In this document: one piece after another, positions 1 through 12,591 of the stretch | Numbering within the stretch: position 1 is the first letter of the stretch | How the letters are laid out: each line of letters starts with the position of its first letter | From: Azolla caroliniana | Taxonomy: Eukaryota; Plantae; Polypodiophyta | DNA length: 64,000 bases | Reading direction: 5' to 3' | Assembly (NCBI GenBank): GCA_043228905.1 | Contig: JBHGNT010000008.1 | Location: 10,044,001 to 10,108,000, forward strand | Made by a program: the position numbers and the translations under genes | Notes under the pieces: generated by a model | The model's input: only the letters and a program-made list of their open reading frames with translations | Told to the model about the DNA's origin: nothing | Databases searched by the model: none

Positions 1-3000
1 ATCAGTTTTTGATGAGGCTGAGCCAATGTTCAGGTGCCTACCCAAGAGAGCACCCCACCCACTAAAGCTATGACTCCGCTTTACGTGGAAGAAGTTCACA
101 TGCTCCAAGGGTTAGACGACGAGGAACTAGAAACTTATCTAGAGGAGAACCCTCAAATCGTGCCATTGTTCTAGATTGATGTCATCGAGACGGTTGGAGC
201 ATACGCCACACCCACAATAGCCAAAGAAGAGGACTGCGAACCCGATACAGAGGCTCTGATGAAACTCCGTAGGGCGCATGACGCATTCGATCGAGAAATG
301 GAAATCTCTCGACGTGTCACAACATTGGCCTTAGAAGAAATCAATGTTGGGACTACCGATGCACCGCGACCTCTCTGAATAGCGAAGGACCTACCTCCTT
401 AGGAAAAGGTTGTCATTATCAACCAGTTGCACGAATATAAAGATGTGTTCACATGGTCGCATGAGGATATGAAGGGGTTGGACCCCAAGTTCTACCAACA
501 ACAAATTAACCTAGCGATGGATGCAAAACCCGTCCAACAAAGGCGGTATCGCATGAACCCGAACTACGCGGCATGCATAAAAGAAGAAATCGATAAGCTC
601 TTGAAAATCGGGTTCATCTGACTAGTCAAGTAGGCAACGTGGCTGAGTTCAATTGTAGTTGTACCCAAAAAGAATGGGAAAATCCACGTCTGCGTCGACT
701 ATCGAAAACTCAACGCGGTAACAATTACAAATGCTTTTCCCTATTGGGAAGACGGTCCCTTTGGATGGGATCCGGTTATGAATGAAGAGGACCCAGTGAA
801 AACCGGAAGAGATTCGGAAATCGGATCAGATGGACCCGGTGAGAACCGGAAGAGAAGACATATTTGTAAAATATGTTTTGAGCAAGCCTTTTGAGGCTAT
901 ATTTGTAAATATCCCTAAGTTCATATAAGTATAAATATGACTTAGGCCAATCACTTTAAGGTGTTGTTGTCATATTGTTGTATGTGTATAACGGTTGTAT
1001 AGAGAGAGAGAGAGATACAGAGCGATACTCTGTTGTAACCGCCGGCTGGCAAAGATACAGAGCTTAAGGTCGTTGCTTCTGAGTCTCTGTTTGTACCTTT
1101 CTTATATAGTGATAGTTTGGAGTCTATGGGCTCCCGTGGTTTTTCCCTATTAGGGTTTTCCACGTAAACATCATGTGTATCCTCTATGGTTGTTTGTGTG
1201 TGTACGTGCGTTCACTCCCTACTTCCCTTTTCTGTGTTTGATTCTCATAGAAGTGATTCAAGACTTGGTTGTGGCCAAGCAATATTCCGCGATATTCTCT
1301 TCATTCCCCTTCCTTTCACAGATGGCGTACTCGACACCGTAGCCGAGCACGAAATGTAATCAAATCTGCATGCATCTTCATGATAAGGAAAAGACCACTT
1401 TTGTGATAGATTGCGGCATATTCGTAGTGGTGGTGATGATGTTCGGGTTTAAAACAACGCCTGGAACATTTCAACGCATCATCACAGAAATCTTTGGCAA
1501 ATACATACCTTTGGTTTCGTTTAGAACGATGCTGCTCAACACGACTTAGCCTTAATCCAGCCAAGTGCGCGTCCAACGTAACCAGTGGGGCTCTCCTCTG
1601 ACACATAGTAAGCCGTGAAGGCATTGCGGTTGATTCGGGGAAGATCAAGGCCATCATTGAGGCCCCGACCCCGAAGAATGCAAAGGTCCTAAGTCATTTT
1701 CTAGGGTAGATTCGTTGGCACAGTAGAATGCTTCGTTATCTAGCTGATTTTGCGACACCCTTGCATACGGTGGTGCATCGAACACCGTTCAATTGGACAG
1801 AGACGGAAGACAAGGCAAACATGGCATTGAAGGTAATGCTCACACAGGCACTGGTAGTACAAACACCAGACTAGACGCGACCGTTCCACATGTTCATGAA
1901 TGCATTAGACAAAGCCATCGGCAACGCACTAATGTAGTTGACCGAGCCGAATTGGTATCGGCCAATGTACTACTCTAGTCGGAAACTGTCGGTCGTCGAG
2001 TGGAACTACTCCACGATCTAGCGTGAAGCCCTCGGTATGATATATAGCATCAACCAATTTTGACATTAGCTACTAGGCCGGAAATTCTTCTTTCACGTGG
2101 ATCATGTGACACTCCTCTATGAAGTTTCGAAGCAATTGCTTACAGGGAAGCTGGCACGATGGATGTTACTATTATAGGAATTCGAATTCAAAATCTAGCA
2201 TCGACCAGGAGCTCAGCATGTGGTGGTGGATTATGTAAGTCGTATAAAAAATGGCAAGAATGTTGTTGAAGGGGACAATGACTTTCCGAACAGTGGAATC
2301 CTACACATTTTGGCAAGCGACGCCCAGGATAGACAAGTCGTCACCAAACGGCAAATGGCTTGATGATATGAGCCATTTCTTGAGCATAGGCCTACCACCT
2401 CCACGGGTGCGGATGGATGAGAAAAAGCAATTAGCGGTCAGGTGTCACAACTTTTGTCTATTAGAAGGAACTTTGTATCACAAGGGAAGCGACGACATTT
2501 GGCGAAGGTGTGGTTGAAATGATGACAAGGAAACAGTGTTAAGAGAAGCCCAGCCCATTGGGGTATAGCCGGGGGTCATTACGCAAGTGTCACTACCACG
2601 CGGAAGATATGGCAAGGTGGGCTCTGGTGGCCAAGGACATAGAAGGATGCCCAAGAATGAGACCTATGTCAGTGAATGGGACAACCTATCGAGCGAGCTC
2701 AAATGCTGCATCAACTCATGCTTCCATTAGAGCCATTCCAAAAATGGAACCTCGATTTCGTTGGCCCATTTACCTCGAGTGCAACACACACGGGCAACAA
2801 GTGCATTTTGGTCGCAATGGATTATTGCACCAAATGGGTTGAAGCGAAAGCCTTAGGGGACAACACGGTGGCATCCACCGCAAAATTTTTGTATGAGAAC
2901 ATCTGGTGTTGTTTCGGCAGTCCTATCAAACTCATCAACGACCAAGGAGGACACTTCCTGAATACAGTGATTCACGGGCTCACCAACCACTATGTCGTAG

Positions 3001-3620
3001 TCCACAAAAAGAGTACCCTGTACTACCCTCAGATGAATGGGCTCGTGGAGTCGATGAACAAAACTTTACAGAACATTTTAAAGAAGATCATCAACGGAAA
3101 GCACACGGATTGGGACACTAAGGTTCACAACGCCCTATGGGCATATCAAACAAGCTTCAAAACCAATATCCAGTCCACCCTATTCCGGTTAGCGTTTGGA
3201 CTCGATCCCGTAATGCCCGTCGAGTTCTAGGTTCTGAGCTTGGGGATATAGATTCTGGAACGCCTTCCCGAAAAACAGTCGGAATAGCTATGCTTGCAAC
3301 AACTTCTCGAACTCAACCAAGACAGGATACGGAGCACGGTGATCCTGGAACAGGAGTAATGCCATTGAAAGGCGTTCGTGGATCGACATTGAGGGGGTAA
3401 CGAGAAATTTTTTGAAATCGGAAAAGTTGTACTAGGGTTCCAAACACGCATGAGAAATTCCCGGAAGACTATGATTTCAGTGGACAATGTCGTATTAGAT
3501 AATCGGCGTCGAAAATGGTACTTTCGAGCTCGGCACACTCGCCGGGGAAGTTTTATGACAAAAGGTCAATGACTTCCGACTCAAGCCGTACTAGGAACCC
3601 ACACTACTGAAACCTTTCTG
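1..3620 (+). pseudogene. pol: Gypsy pol remnant (RT, RNase H, integrase) with many stops and frameshifts
   Basis: ORF fragments 427-621 (RT N-terminus), 2251-2517 and 2676-3230 (integrase core, DFVGPF...NDQGGHF...NGLVESMNK). Confidence 0.9.
742..1303 (+). mobile_element. Solo LTR, probably Ty1/Copia
   Basis: Ends TA(TG mutated)...CA with TSD TTCCC (737-741 and 1304-1308). Removal restores the RT codons NAFPLPFTDGVLD. Contains the Copia U5-type motif CCCGTGGTTTTTCCC..GGGTTTTCCACGT. Confidence 0.85.
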
Positions 3621-3722
3621 AAATGCCGCAAAATTAAAGGAAGAGAATGTTGTCCTACTCCCTGCCACATCAATTTCAGGGGGTGAACCAATACCTCATT
3701 AAATGGAACCCCACTCTGTAAT

Positions 3723-4179
3723 TGTAAAGAATCAATGGTGATTCTTGTGTAGCGGAAGAGATGTGTGTTATGTGTATGTGTCAGACCAAAGAGGAGAGGA
3801 GAGAAACACAAGATGGATAAGAGACAAAATGAAGTACTCAAGAAGAAGGAGATGTATATTAACAAGGAGAATATGATAAATGAAAATGTAGCATTACAAG
3901 GAGTCACAACCGACTTAGTATGAAGTATGAGGAGGGTGCTTTATATAGAGTCACCCTCTCTCTTCATTAACTTTACAACAACCACTCTCTCTCTTGGGGA
4001 ATGTGAAGACCCATAGTCATGGGGAATATGTAACTCATTAGTTATGTGTCATAGAATATGATTCTATGACACATAGTTAATGTGTGGAGAGTAGTGGTGT
4101 GACTCTTGACCTTTGAGTAATCACGTATTCTCAAAAGGTGTGTTCACACGTTGCACTATGTTGAGCTTGATTCTCAACA
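3723..4179 (-). repeat. 3' LTR of Copia
   Basis: Direct repeat of 8847-9300 with a few substitutions and small indels. Confidence 0.95.
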
Positions 4180-4186
4180 TGCCCCC

Positions 4187-7100
4187 TCAAGCCCAACTCG
4201 GGTCGGTTCCTTTCGGTGGATGTTCGCTTCGGTGCGTATCCGGTTCGGATGATCTCTGGTGTCTACTTCGGCTCGTACCCGGTTTAGACGGTATCTGGTT
4301 CTCGCTTGTACTCCCCCTCAAGCTTGGCAAGTCAGGAATCGTCAATCCGAGGTCTGACATGAATTGTCGAAGCTTGTTGGCTCCTAAGGCTTTGGTGAAG
4401 ATGTCGGTCGTCTGAAGATTTGTGTTGATGTGTTGAAGGTTGACATCTCCGGCCTGTACGCACTCTCGAATGAAGTGATAGTGCACTTCGATGTGCTTTG
4501 TGCGCACGTGGAACACCGAGTTCCAAGCCAAATATATACTGCTCATGTTGTCGTAGTAAATGGGAGTCGGATCCTTGATGGGGATGCCCAAATCCTTCAA
4601 TATCCTCTTGAGCCATACGACTTCACATGCAGGTACGGCTGCACCCCTGTATTCGACTTCCGTACTCGAAAGTGCGACAGTAGGCTGCTTCTTACTACTC
4701 CAAGATATTGCTCCGCTACCGAGCGAGAAGACAAATCCGGAGGTCGATCATCGATCAACTTTGTAGCCTACCCAATCTGTGTTTGTGTACCCTTTGAGTC
4801 GTATTGGTGGGGCTGATGCGTAGAGAACGCTGTAATCCATTGTGTCGCTCACGTATCGTAATACTCGCTTAGCGCAATTGAAATGGATATCTCGCGGAGT
4901 TTGCATGAATTGGCTAAGGAGTTCGACTGGATAGCTACGGTCGGGTCAAGTGATCGTGAGATAGATGAGGCTCCCGATCAGTTGACAATATTGGGTCGGC
5001 TCGCACTCGTCTGTGCTGGAGTCAACATCTAGTTTGAGGTTTCGATCAAGAGGCATAGCGACTGATTTGCACTCAGTCATCCCGAACTTGTATAACAAGT
5101 TGAGGATGTGTGCCATTGAGAGATCATAATGCCGGTCGGATTCCGAATTACCTCGATGCCTAGGAAGTAATGAAGCTCCTTCATGTCCATCATCTCGAAT
5201 TTGTTGGAGAGGATGGACTTCACCTTGTTGATGTCGACTAAAATGCTCCCCTCCAATAACCAGATCATCCACGTAGAGGATGATGACAATCAGACTTCCA
5301 GAGTCGTTTCGCACATAGAGGGAGTTGTCGGATTTTGACATTCGGAAGCCGATTTGATGAAGATATTGTGTAATCTTCGAATGCCAAGCGTGTGGTGCTT
5401 GCTTGAGGCCGTAGAGAGGCTTCTTGAGTTGGCATATGGCTTTTGGATGAATGCGCGATTTGAACCCAGGTGGTTGTACCATGTACACCTCGTTTAATTC
5501 GCCTTGAAGAAAGGCGTTCTTGACGTCCATTTGGTGGAGGTGCCACCCTTTTGCTGCTGCAAGTGCGATCACGGTCCGCACCGTCGTCATCTTTGCCACT
5601 TGGGGCAAAGGTGTCTTCATAGTCGACTCCATGTGTTTGTGCGTATCCTTTCACTATGAGTCGAGCTTTGTAACGGTTTATGGAGCCGTCGGCATTATAC
5701 TTCACCTTGTAGATCCATTTGCAGCCAATTGCCTTCTTGTGCGGTGAGTGGGGAACAAGATCCCATGTCTCGTTCTTGCATAATGCATGCATCTCCTCGT
5801 TCATTGCTTCGATCCATCACGGGTCCTTCACAGCTTCGGAAAAGGTTTCTGGCTCCCGTACTGTTGCCACCTTCATCATAAATGCGTAATGGTACGCCAT
5901 GTACTCATCGTAGCTGAATTGGCTCATGGGGTTCTTTTCATGGGTGGATCGGCGGAGCTTCTCGTTTGCGGATTCTAAGGCTTTCTTCACTCCATTTGTC
6001 CAGATGTCAAGGCCTTCGAACTCACAATCGAGGGAGTGAGTCGATTCGATGCCGTCGAAAATGATCGTCTTCATACTCCGGCATTTTGGCCTTCCCTTTG
6101 TCTAGCTTCGGACTCGGTCAAGATGTGCTTTGATCGCTCGGAGGCTCCTGCTTCGAACATGCGCATAAAGCGATCTTCATCCTCTATCTCTTGTTCCGCG
6201 GATTCCGGGTCAAGCAGAATTGGAGTCGAAGTTGTCTCTGGTGCATACTAGGATGTGGAAGTCTCGTCAAAAATGACATCTTGACTTACGCGAACTTATC
6301 GAGTCGAGGGGTTGTAGCACTTGTACCCCTTTTGCTCTAGTGAGTATCCGATGAAGATACATTTCTCCAACTTCGGGTCGAGATTTTGTCGCTTTTCGTC
6401 GGGGATGTGCACATATGCAATGGAGCCAAATATCCGGATGTATGATAGATCCAGTTTCTTTCCGAAAAACTTTTCGTGCGGTGTGAGGTCATGCATGCCG
6501 GATGTTGTACACCGATTCATGAGGTATACTGTCGTGTTAGCCACTTTTGCCCAGTACGACTTCGACACGTGCTTGTCGTTCATCATGGCCCATGCTACTT
6601 CGAGGATGTGACGATTCTTTCGTTCGGCCACTCCGTTTTGTTGTGGCCTATGTCGACACGAAAACTTTCACCGAATTCCTTCTTTCCGTAGATACGCCGT
6701 AAACTCATCCGAGAAATATTCCTTGCCTCCATCCGATCGAAGGCACCGTACGTGTCGACTCGTAGCTTTTTCGACACCACTCTTGAATTTTTGGAAGTGT
6801 CTGAACACTTCACCCTTTTGCTGCATCGGGTAGATCCAAGTGTGCCTAGAGAAGTCATCGATAAAGGTCATGTAGTATTGGCATCCATCGAATGTCACCG
6901 TTTGAGCTGGTCCCCATACATCGGAATGAATTGCGTCGAGTACGCCTTTGCTTACATTCCTCTTCGCCGGAAATGGATGCCAATGTTGCTTGCCGAATTG
7001 GCAAGCTGCACATACGCCTTCAATCTCTCTCTCTTTGAAGGTCGGGAGTCCGATGATGACTCCTTTCGATTGCATTGCCTTGAGCTTTTGATGATTGATA

Positions 7101-8528
7101 TGGCCAATCCGCTTGTGCCATAGCTCTATGTCGGTGTCAGGTTTGAGGCCCTGTGTGTACATGGCCGATTTCACCTCATTTGACTCAAGAATAAACATTC
7201 GACCTTCCTTTCGACCCCGAGCGATGAGTCGGCCTTCCTTCTCGATGAAGCAACCACCTTGGTTGAATCGAACTTGCATCCCTTGCTCCACAATTTGGCC
7301 GACCGAGACCAAATGCTTCGTTATGGTGGGTACATGTAATACATTTTTGATGCAAGTTTGTTTGCCATCTTTCCCGAATGGGACATTCCCGACATGTCGA
7401 ATCGGATGAGTGGTATCGTCTCCGGTCTCGACATAACTGGGTCGATCCGGCTCCCACAAGTCTCGGAACCACTCTTGATGGGACGTCATATGGTTCGAAG
7501 CACCGGAGTCGACGAACCATACGTCTTCCAGACCAGAGGCATTAGTTGATGTAGAAGCCGACATAGATTTCTCTATGTCTCATCATGAATAGTCTGCCGT
7601 AATCGCCGTACTCGGAGTTGGTGGCTTAATTCATGAGTTGTCGGCTTGTGGACGCCGACTCGCGCATCTTCTTTCAGCGCTCTTCTTCGCGGTGGCCGAC
7701 TTTCCCGCAATATCCACATTCGATTGAGGTTTGTCGGCTCAGACTGGAGTGGTGGCTCCCCCTTCTTCCGAAGGTTCCCCAATGGCCTCCACCTTGTTGC
7801 CGTAATTGAGAGTTGTTTTCATAAATCGGGCCTTGTCTGCCTCGTTCGCCACGTCCTTGGCCGAATTGGCCTCTTCTTGCATGGCCGCGTCGCGTCCTCT
7901 TCGTCTGTCCGAATGCGTGTAGAGCACTTGGCCTTCTGAGGCGTTGTTCCTTGTTCGAACATGATTCTCTTCGACCAACAACATGGATTGAAGGTCGAAG
8001 AAGCAGTGCGGATTCTCCCGTGCTAGTACGGCGGTCCGCATCGTGCCAAACCGTGGTGCAAGGCCGCCAAGGCATATTTGCACCATCTTGTCATCCTCCA
8101 CGTTTACACTTATCGAGCTGAGCGAGTCGCAAAGCTCCTTGATCTTCAAAGTGTAGCTTGTGACGGACATATCCCTTTGTTGGATATTATTCAACTCTTG
8201 GCGGAGTTGAAACTTCCTCGTGGTCGTGTTGGCAACGAAAATCTTGTGTAGATTCTCCCACTCTTCCTTTGGCATCCTGACTTCTCGAATGTAGCTGAGC
8301 ATGTGGTCGTGTACACATGTCTCCAAGAAATACATTACTCGACTTGCCGCTTGCTCCCATGATGCATAGTCGGCATCTTTCGGGTTGGGTCGATTTTCTT
8401 GTGCTCCTTTGATGTAGCCCCAATAGCCTTGGCCCACAAGCTATTGGTGCATCTTGTACTCCCAAGATGCAAAGTTGCTCCGGTCCAACTTCTCGCTAGG
8501 GAGAGCGCTCCCCATTTGAGTATTCATT
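4187..8528 (-). pseudogene. gag-pol: Copia gag-pol, frameshifted
   Basis: ORF pieces: gag 7739-8437; knuckle CGYCGKVGH; PR WFVDSGAS and INT HHCC/IHSDVWGP in 6668-7564; RT YKARL, QMDVKNAFL, YVDDL; RH RTKHIEVHYHFIRE. Confidence 0.95.
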
Positions 8529-8682
8529 GTCTATTACGCTTCGTTTGTTCTTTTCCTTCTCCCTCGAACATGAGCTATGTAGTGGTACTACGATAACGAT
8601 GAGCCGGTTCTTCTCGAACGTCGGCGTAGAGCACAACACACGATCACAATGAGGCGAGTGGGCTAGATCGAGCTACCAAATC

Positions 8683-8829
8683 TGTTACGGGCATGAACAT
8701 TTAATATCCCGTGGTGAGAATTTACCGTAGTATTTTATACACGTGGATAAGTGTGAGGGTTAAACCAAAGTGTAAAGAATACTACGGTAAATTCTCACCA
8801 CGGGATATTAAATGTTCATGCCCGTAACA
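8683..8829. mobile_element. 147-bp foldback element (MITE-like) with TGT..ACA ends and 5-bp TSD
   Basis: 52-bp perfect terminal inverted repeats; TSD AAATC (8678-8682 and 8830-8834); absent from the homologous leader of the related Copia at about 18190-18219. Confidence 0.92.
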
Positions 8830-8846
8830 AAATCGCTCTGATACCA

Positions 8847-9300
8847 TGTAAAGAATCAATGGTGATTATTGTGTAGCGGAAGAGATGTGTGTTATGTGTA
8901 TGTGTGAGAAGAAAGAGGAGAGGAGAGAAACACAAGATGGATAAGAGACAAAATGAAGTACTCAAGAAGAAGGAGATGTATATTAACAAGGAGAATATGA
9001 TAAATAAAAATGTAGCATTACAAGGAGTCACAACCAACTTAGTATGAAGTATGAGGGTGCTTTATATAGAGTCACCCTCTCTCTTCATTAACTTTACAAC
9101 AACCACTCTCTCTCTTGGGGAATGTGAAGACTCATAGTCATGGGGAATATGTAACTCATTAGTTATGTGTCATAGAATATGATTCTATGACACATAGTTA
9201 ATGTGTAGAGAGTAGTGGTGTGACTCTTGACCTTTGAGTAATCACGTATTCTCAAAAGGTGTGTTCACACGATGCACTATGTTGAGCTTGATTCTCAACA
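8847..9300 (-). repeat. 5' LTR of Copia
   Basis: Adjacent to the iMet PBS; direct repeat of 3723-4179. Confidence 0.95.
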
Positions 9301-9669
9301 GTAATCATGTACCCTTAATGTATCATAGTATAGTAACAGCCATTACCATTAGGTATGAAATGAAAAAAAAAAGGGAAGGGCATTCAAAACTATTTAAAGC
9401 ATCCAAATGCATATCCCAAGAAAGCAAGTACACGCGTGCACACCATGGTTCGAAGGATCTTGAACCCTAACATCCCAACCTCACAAAAAGGGGATTCGAG
9501 TCATTTCTCTACACATAGAAAAAACTCTCATTGCTCTCCTCACTCTCCTCGCGCCCTTCCCTCAGCCCGCTCCCCTCGCTCTGTCTAGCGCACAAGCAAC
9601 CTCTCTGTACCATTAGACGCCGACATCGCCCTACCAATCGACATTTCCCTTGCTCTTTGACCCACGACC

Positions 9670-11874
9670 ATGGCCTAGCAAGCTACATCTGAGTGGCAGA
9701 GGCATTGCCCCACCCCAACTCCCATGACATGGAGACCAAGATCAACATAGATACGATCACCAACACCATGATCATGAAGAAGTTGGACTTCATCTCGACA
9801 GGAGAACAGAACTTTGAGATCCCTCCCTCAGAGGTTCTTGAATGCCACTTTGGTGAATATTCCCTCTCGGCAGAAGCATATAAGACACGAGATGCCCCTG
9901 ACCCATTCTTCCGAGAAATAACGAAGTTCCTATTAGAGGTGGGGTGTGTCCATCCAAAAGCAAAAGGTTAGCATCATCATTTCAACTTCCGAAGGGCACA
10001 TCGTTGACTGGGGGGGTGATCACAGGGCCATCTCTACGCCTTCCAGGCAGGTAAAAAGATCAGCCCAATAATCCAACAGTATTTCACAATATTGTTCCCT
10101 CGACATGCTCTCCCAGCTCCGGGCTCGCCAGCTCTGTGTCAACAGAAGCGGAGGCTTGAAGTCCTCGGCATGACAAATTGGGAGGAGGAAGGCAGCACTC
10201 GGGCCCCAAAAACCGCCGTCCCCCGAAACGAGCAGTGGACCCCTCCCGAGGAGGAAACCGACAAGCAAGCAAGCAGCCCTAAACCCAAGCGTCGAAGGGC
10301 ACATCGTTGACTGGGGGGGTGATCACAGGGCCATCTCTGCGCGAAGGACTCCACGCCTTCCAGGCAGGTAAAAAGATCAACCTAATAATCCAACAGTATT
10401 TCACAATATTGTTCCCTCGACATGCTCTCCCAGCTCCGGGCTCGCCAGCTCTGTGTCAACAGAAGCGGAGGCTTGAAGTCCTCGGCATGACAAATTGGGA
10501 GGAGGAAGGCAGCACTCGGGCCCCAAAAACCGCCATCCCCCGAAACGAGCAGTGGACCCCTCCCGAGGAGGAAACCGACAAGCAAGCAAGAAGCCCTAAA
10601 CCCAAGCGTCAAAGGGCACATCGTTGACTGGGGGGGTGATCACAGGGCCATCTCTGCGCGAAGGACTCCACGCCTTCCAGGCAGGTAAAAAGATCAACCT
10701 AATAATCCAACAGTATTTCACAATATTGTTCCCTCGACATGCTCTCCCAGCTCCGGGCTCGCCAGCTTTGTGTCAACAGAAGCGGAGGCTTGAAGTCCTC
10801 GGCATGACAAATTGGGAGGAGGAAGACAGCACTCGGGCCCCAAAAACCGCCATCCCCCGAAACGAGCAGTGGACCCCTCCCGAGGAGGAAACCGACAAGC
10901 AAGCAAGCAGCCCTAAACCCAAGCGTCGTCGACTAGATCGAAAGGACGGTCAAGGTTTGGTAAAAGATGCAGCTCCACAACCTACCCCCTTAGTAACTAT
11001 CAAAATGGATCCCATACAGGTGGGCCCAATCGACCCTAACCAGAAATACAGAAAGAGGCAAAGGCATCCTCACACCCGATAATGTCATATAATGGCTTAC
11101 CCGGAGATGCCAGTCGTGGCCCACGAATTCGCAACTCTACTCCAATTCGGCACCTCCTTCGAAATCATGGAATTCTTGGCCGTGCAGCAAATCAAAGTCT
11201 CGCAACACATGGTGGAGGAGCACGCAAAAAGGCAAATGATCGAGCAGCCCTGGCTGGAATAGTAGAACTAGAGGAAGAATGCCACTCTAAGCAAGATCGA
11301 CCGAAAGTGGAACACGGATGAAGACCGTATGGGAATCAAGTTGCCCCCATTAAATATCCCCTTAGTCGAAGTACAGAGGGAGCTTGTCATAGTGCGGAAC
11401 GGAGCGAAGGATATGGTTCGAAAGAACAAGACAACGAAGAAGGCCGAAAAGTATGCCAAGCAACAACTTGAGGAGGCCCAAAAGACAATCACAGAATTGG
11501 AACACCGCCTACAATGACAGATACAACTGAAGTCCCTATGGAAGAAACGTGGCACGAAGAGCCAAGACGAGAAGTTGCACACCCGAAAGAAGGGATGCAA
11601 GCAGAACAGGCACCAACCGCCGCACCAATAGAAGAAGGCATGCAACAAGAACAACCACAAGAGGTTGAACTAGAGCCAACAAAACCCACCAGCCTCCCCG
11701 CAACAGAATTGACGGAACAAACCACCCCCCCCCCCCCCCCCCGCAATAGAGCCTACTACCCCCCTTGAATCCACGACTATGACACAAACCACGACACCCC
11801 CTAGAGCACCTACCGTCATTCTGGTAGAGACGAACCATCTGGAACCGAATATCCTGGACATCTTCGACGACTGA
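9670..11874 (+). pseudogene. Remnant of extra 3' ORF (ORF3) of element A
   Basis: FGEYSLSAEAYKTRDAPDPFFREI and EGHIVDW match FGEYSVAGKGYRTQGGEDPLFREI and EGIKVDW in D ORF3; coiled-coil-like and P/E/Q-rich C-terminal parts. Boundaries approximate. Confidence 0.75.
9990..10926 (+). repeat. Tandem triplication of a 317-bp unit
   Basis: Three near-identical units (ORF starts 10307 and 10624 are 317 apart); the first unit lacks 15 bp. Confidence 0.93.
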
Positions 11875-11928
11875 GGAAGGTCTTTTGTGGGTTCAATCGT
11901 GCAAGAATTGTCCCACATGTGTGCCATG

Positions 11929-12591
11929 TGTTGGCCGCCTTGCACGGCCAAGTGGGAAAGGTTGAGAAGGACAAAAGACAAAGGGACGGTTACGGCAAGT
12001 GAAGAAGACAGGTGGGGTTGTAACGTAATGAAGAGCCATAGTGTAGGGACAACTGAAGCGTGATTAATATGTTAAAGAAAAAGTAATGGTTTGTGCGTCG
12101 AGCGTAACCACCCATGAACCTGTATATAAAGGGCATGGAAAACTATTAATAGCTAGCGATAATTTTGTGTTCAAACATCTGCAATTAGTTTCTGTTGCCT
12201 GACTCTCTGTGTTCTCATAACTCTTCGTATCTGTTTCGTGTCGAGTTCATTTTCTATGTTGAGTCATATACGCGGTGTATGCTATTGCATAAGGAGTCAG
12301 TTGTAACTATCTTCCTAATTTCCACAGTCTCCATGTTTAAATTAAAACTTACGAGCCCAGTGTATAGTCACCTGTATCACGGTTACAACGTACTCTCCCA
12401 TTCCTGAACCACAATACCCTTGAGTTGAACCCGAAGGACTGAGCATTCGGCACCATGTCACCTCAACGTGTAACACTTACTCTGCATATTCCACTCTCTA
12501 TGTTTTTGTTGCGATTCGGTTGAGCCGATTGTGATCTATGTTTAGCTTCCGCATTATTTCTTTTTCACAAGCCCTTTATCAAGGGCTGACA
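11929..12591 (+). repeat. Putative 3' LTR of element A
   Basis: Starts TGTTGGCC at the position equivalent to the D LTR start (after ...CCATG); TATA-like TATATAAA near 12123; ends GGGCTGACA (imperfect inverted terminus). Partner LTR not in window. Confidence 0.65.

Larger units (their letters stand above)
3723..9300 (-). mobile_element. Full-length but decayed Ty1/Copia retrotransposon
   Basis: LTRs at 3723-4179 and 8847-9300 (TG..CA), TSD GTAAT, PBS TGGTATCAGAGC (tRNA-iMet) at 8835-8846 on the minus strand, PPT next to 4180, domain order gag-PR-INT-RT-RH. Confidence 0.97.
1..12591 (+). mobile_element. Degenerate non-chromovirus Ty3/Gypsy element A (5' part outside window), relative of D/D'
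   Basis: RT/RH/INT remnants align by eye with D pol (e.g. QRRYRMNPNYAA, LPLEPFQKWNLDFVGPF). It has a downstream extra ORF homologous to that of D and a putative 3' LTR at 11929-12591. Interrupted by inserts at 742-1303 and 3723-9300. Confidence 0.85.

Noticed and set aside
8683-8829. miRNA gene
   Set aside because: The TSD and the empty homologous site show it is an insertion; small-RNA production cannot be judged from sequence.
9990-10926. CRISPR-like array
   Set aside because: Long tandem units without unique spacers, no cas genes, eukaryotic context.
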